Part shown: positions 63,701-64,000 of the stretch, piece after piece
How the letters are laid out: every line of letters starts with the position of its first letter
How positions within the stretch are numbered: the stretch's first letter is position 1
NCBI GenBank assembly: GCA_014376805.1
Contig: JACMQU010000110.1
Location: 259 to 64,258, forward strand
Direction of reading: 5' to 3'
Length of the DNA stretch: 64,000 nt
Source of the DNA: Bacteroidia bacterium
GTDB lineage: Bacteria; Bacteroidota; Bacteroidia; UKL13-3
The notes under the pieces: generated by a model
What the model was told of the DNA's origin: nothing
Databases searched by the model: none
The model's input: only the letters and a program-made list of their open reading frames with translations
Position numbers and translations under genes: made by a program

Positions 63701-64000
63701 CGGCCTCATATTTGCCAAATTTTTGTTTAAAATGATTAACCTTATTTAAGCTTTCCAGATAGCTTCCTTTAATAAATGCATTCTGGTATAAATGAAAGTA
63801 AACATACTTTAAGGTATCGGGAGAATTGTTGTAATATGTAAGTGTTTCGTTCCCATCAATGATGTCTGTTTTATCATCCAGTTTTGCTTTAATTATATAG
63901 TGTACATCTTGTTGCCAGTAAGCCGTATTGGGTTTGCGGTTCTTCCAGTAATAAGGGTTTTCGGTGCTGCGGTAGTCAAACGACTGTGCCTGTAACAATA
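60753..64000 (-). CDS. M1-family zinc metallopeptidase with a C-terminal Omp85/surface-antigen-like beta-barrel (N-terminus outside window)
   Basis: HEVGH followed 18 residues later by E (LDEGFTQF) gives HExxH-x18-E. The last ~390 aa show an alternating beta-strand pattern with GGGLNLRGYAG and a terminal aromatic residue (LRCF). The ORF is open to the window edge. Confidence 0.8.
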   Translation of the reverse strand, partial: LLQAQSFDYRSTENPYYWKNRKPNTAYWQQDVHYIIKAKLDDKTDIIDGNETLTYYNNSPDTLKYVYFHLYQNAFIKGSYLESLNKVNHFKQKFGKYEADGKGTEILNIEIKNINGINLPSMQGVSSIGGKKVFEIDYSIMKVNLITPLLPNSSCEITIQFKTYFDDGGNQRRRMKLFKDAAGNKQYDVVHWYPRICVYDHKFGWETDQHLGKEFYGDFGQFDVSLTLPNNYLMEATGELQNEQEVLPADLRAKLDLKNFEKKPWDEKASVIIEPNGTYKTWKYRAVNTHDFAWTCDPTYRYSEVVLDLPANPNKKVRCIAVVQEPHASGWQDAALFTSKIIALYSNDIGAYAYPKMVCADARDGMEYPMLTLDGGRSPGYYGLFAHEVGHNWFFGMVGNNETYRASLDEGFTQFLTHWSMSRLTAEPKNMLKKTSYISKYYRPMPLLDQTVMTGYLRDAINQNDIQLNTHSDDFNGALNHGGGYGHVYYKTATMLYNLQYVLGDELFLKAMQHYFNQWKMCHPYFEDFRSSIIQYTHVDLNWFFDEWLETTKRIDYGLGKVKRINKDTVELSFYRKGSMQMPVDFDVIAKDGSTQSYSIPNTYFAKNTGTIVLPLWKGWGMLNPTYTTQIAFNKDIKNIVIDPTYRLADINQLNNSLKCPVLFTFDHNIVNPIDRRHYILKWRPDVWYNNYDGIKAGLHVNGNYMNQKQVFNITVWYNTGVLTNYNTETYKQSQAVYPIHYNTLYKHRFAKFTDINLQSRLLDGIFLNRIGIEKTHQNTIYRIYAKSMRRVQLYYLPAYQLISIPGADFYPNISSYDQWNNTINMEIEHSYTALNGSGKLLVGLKTSALFSNFDYASAFAEVIQHNNVWKFELRSRLFAQYMTGSNAAPESQLYLAGANPETMIENKYTRAAGVLPAEWFAYGITPNHQQTGGGLNLRGYAGYLVPVSLNNDQYYLFKGNSGAAVNLELDYDKLFAIRGGRLAKYFHIDSYLFMDAGILQANKPVAFDGKAVSTITNLKTPLLASAGAGFAFTLKRWGILDEPKPLIIRFDMPLYLSNAPYAEKGDNFKFRWQVGVLRCF

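Noticed and set aside
1-64000. CRISPR arrays, rRNA genes, IS elements, prophage genes, restriction-modification or other known defence systems.
   Set aside because: I saw no regularly spaced direct repeats, no rRNA-like conserved sequence, and no transposase, integrase, phage or nuclease motifs among the ORFs on either strand.

Overview
The window looks like a low-GC Bacteroidota chromosome segment. Supporting signs are many T9SS (Por) C-terminal sorting domains, CarboxypepD_reg-type TonB-dependent receptors paired with DUF4249 lipoproteins, exact TAnnTTTG -7 promoter boxes and no Shine-Dalgarno signals. The left part (1-18.6 kb) holds surface and housekeeping genes: a T9SS cargo protein, two TonB-dependent receptors, trhO, mutS, a CoA-transferase, and tRNA-Gly(GCC) plus tRNA-Leu(UAA). 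It also holds a small cassette bounded by inverted repeats that carries an XRE regulator and a four-helix-bundle (23S-IVS/Avd-like) gene. The centre (about 18.8-53.3 kb) starts directly after the tRNA pair and is a roughly 35 kb, almost entirely plus-strand metal-homeostasis island made of four modules. (A) A Cus-type Cu/Ag RND system has cusA split into two ORFs, two tandem adaptor proteins and an HMA-AraC regulator. (B) A TonB receptor behind a Fur-family-like 7-1-7 box is followed by a CzcA pump fused in frame to its outer-membrane factor, an adaptor and a ZntA-type P1B ATPase. (C) A di-haem DUF1111 / Rieske / porin operon. (D) Eight consecutive T9SS-cargo genes are built around two multicopper oxidases and end with an HMBD lipoprotein and a second HMA-AraC regulator. 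Modules A and D share paralogous components. The right part (53.4-64 kb) holds a second TonB receptor/DUF4249 pair, small enzymes, mscL, and an M1 metallopeptidase with an Omp85-like C-terminal barrel. I found no integrase, transposase, CRISPR array or rRNA. The most interesting candidate for an undescribed system is module D, a T9SS-exported, cell-surface copper-oxidase assembly, followed by module C and the unusual RND architectures. All family assignments come from reading motifs by eye, not from database searches.
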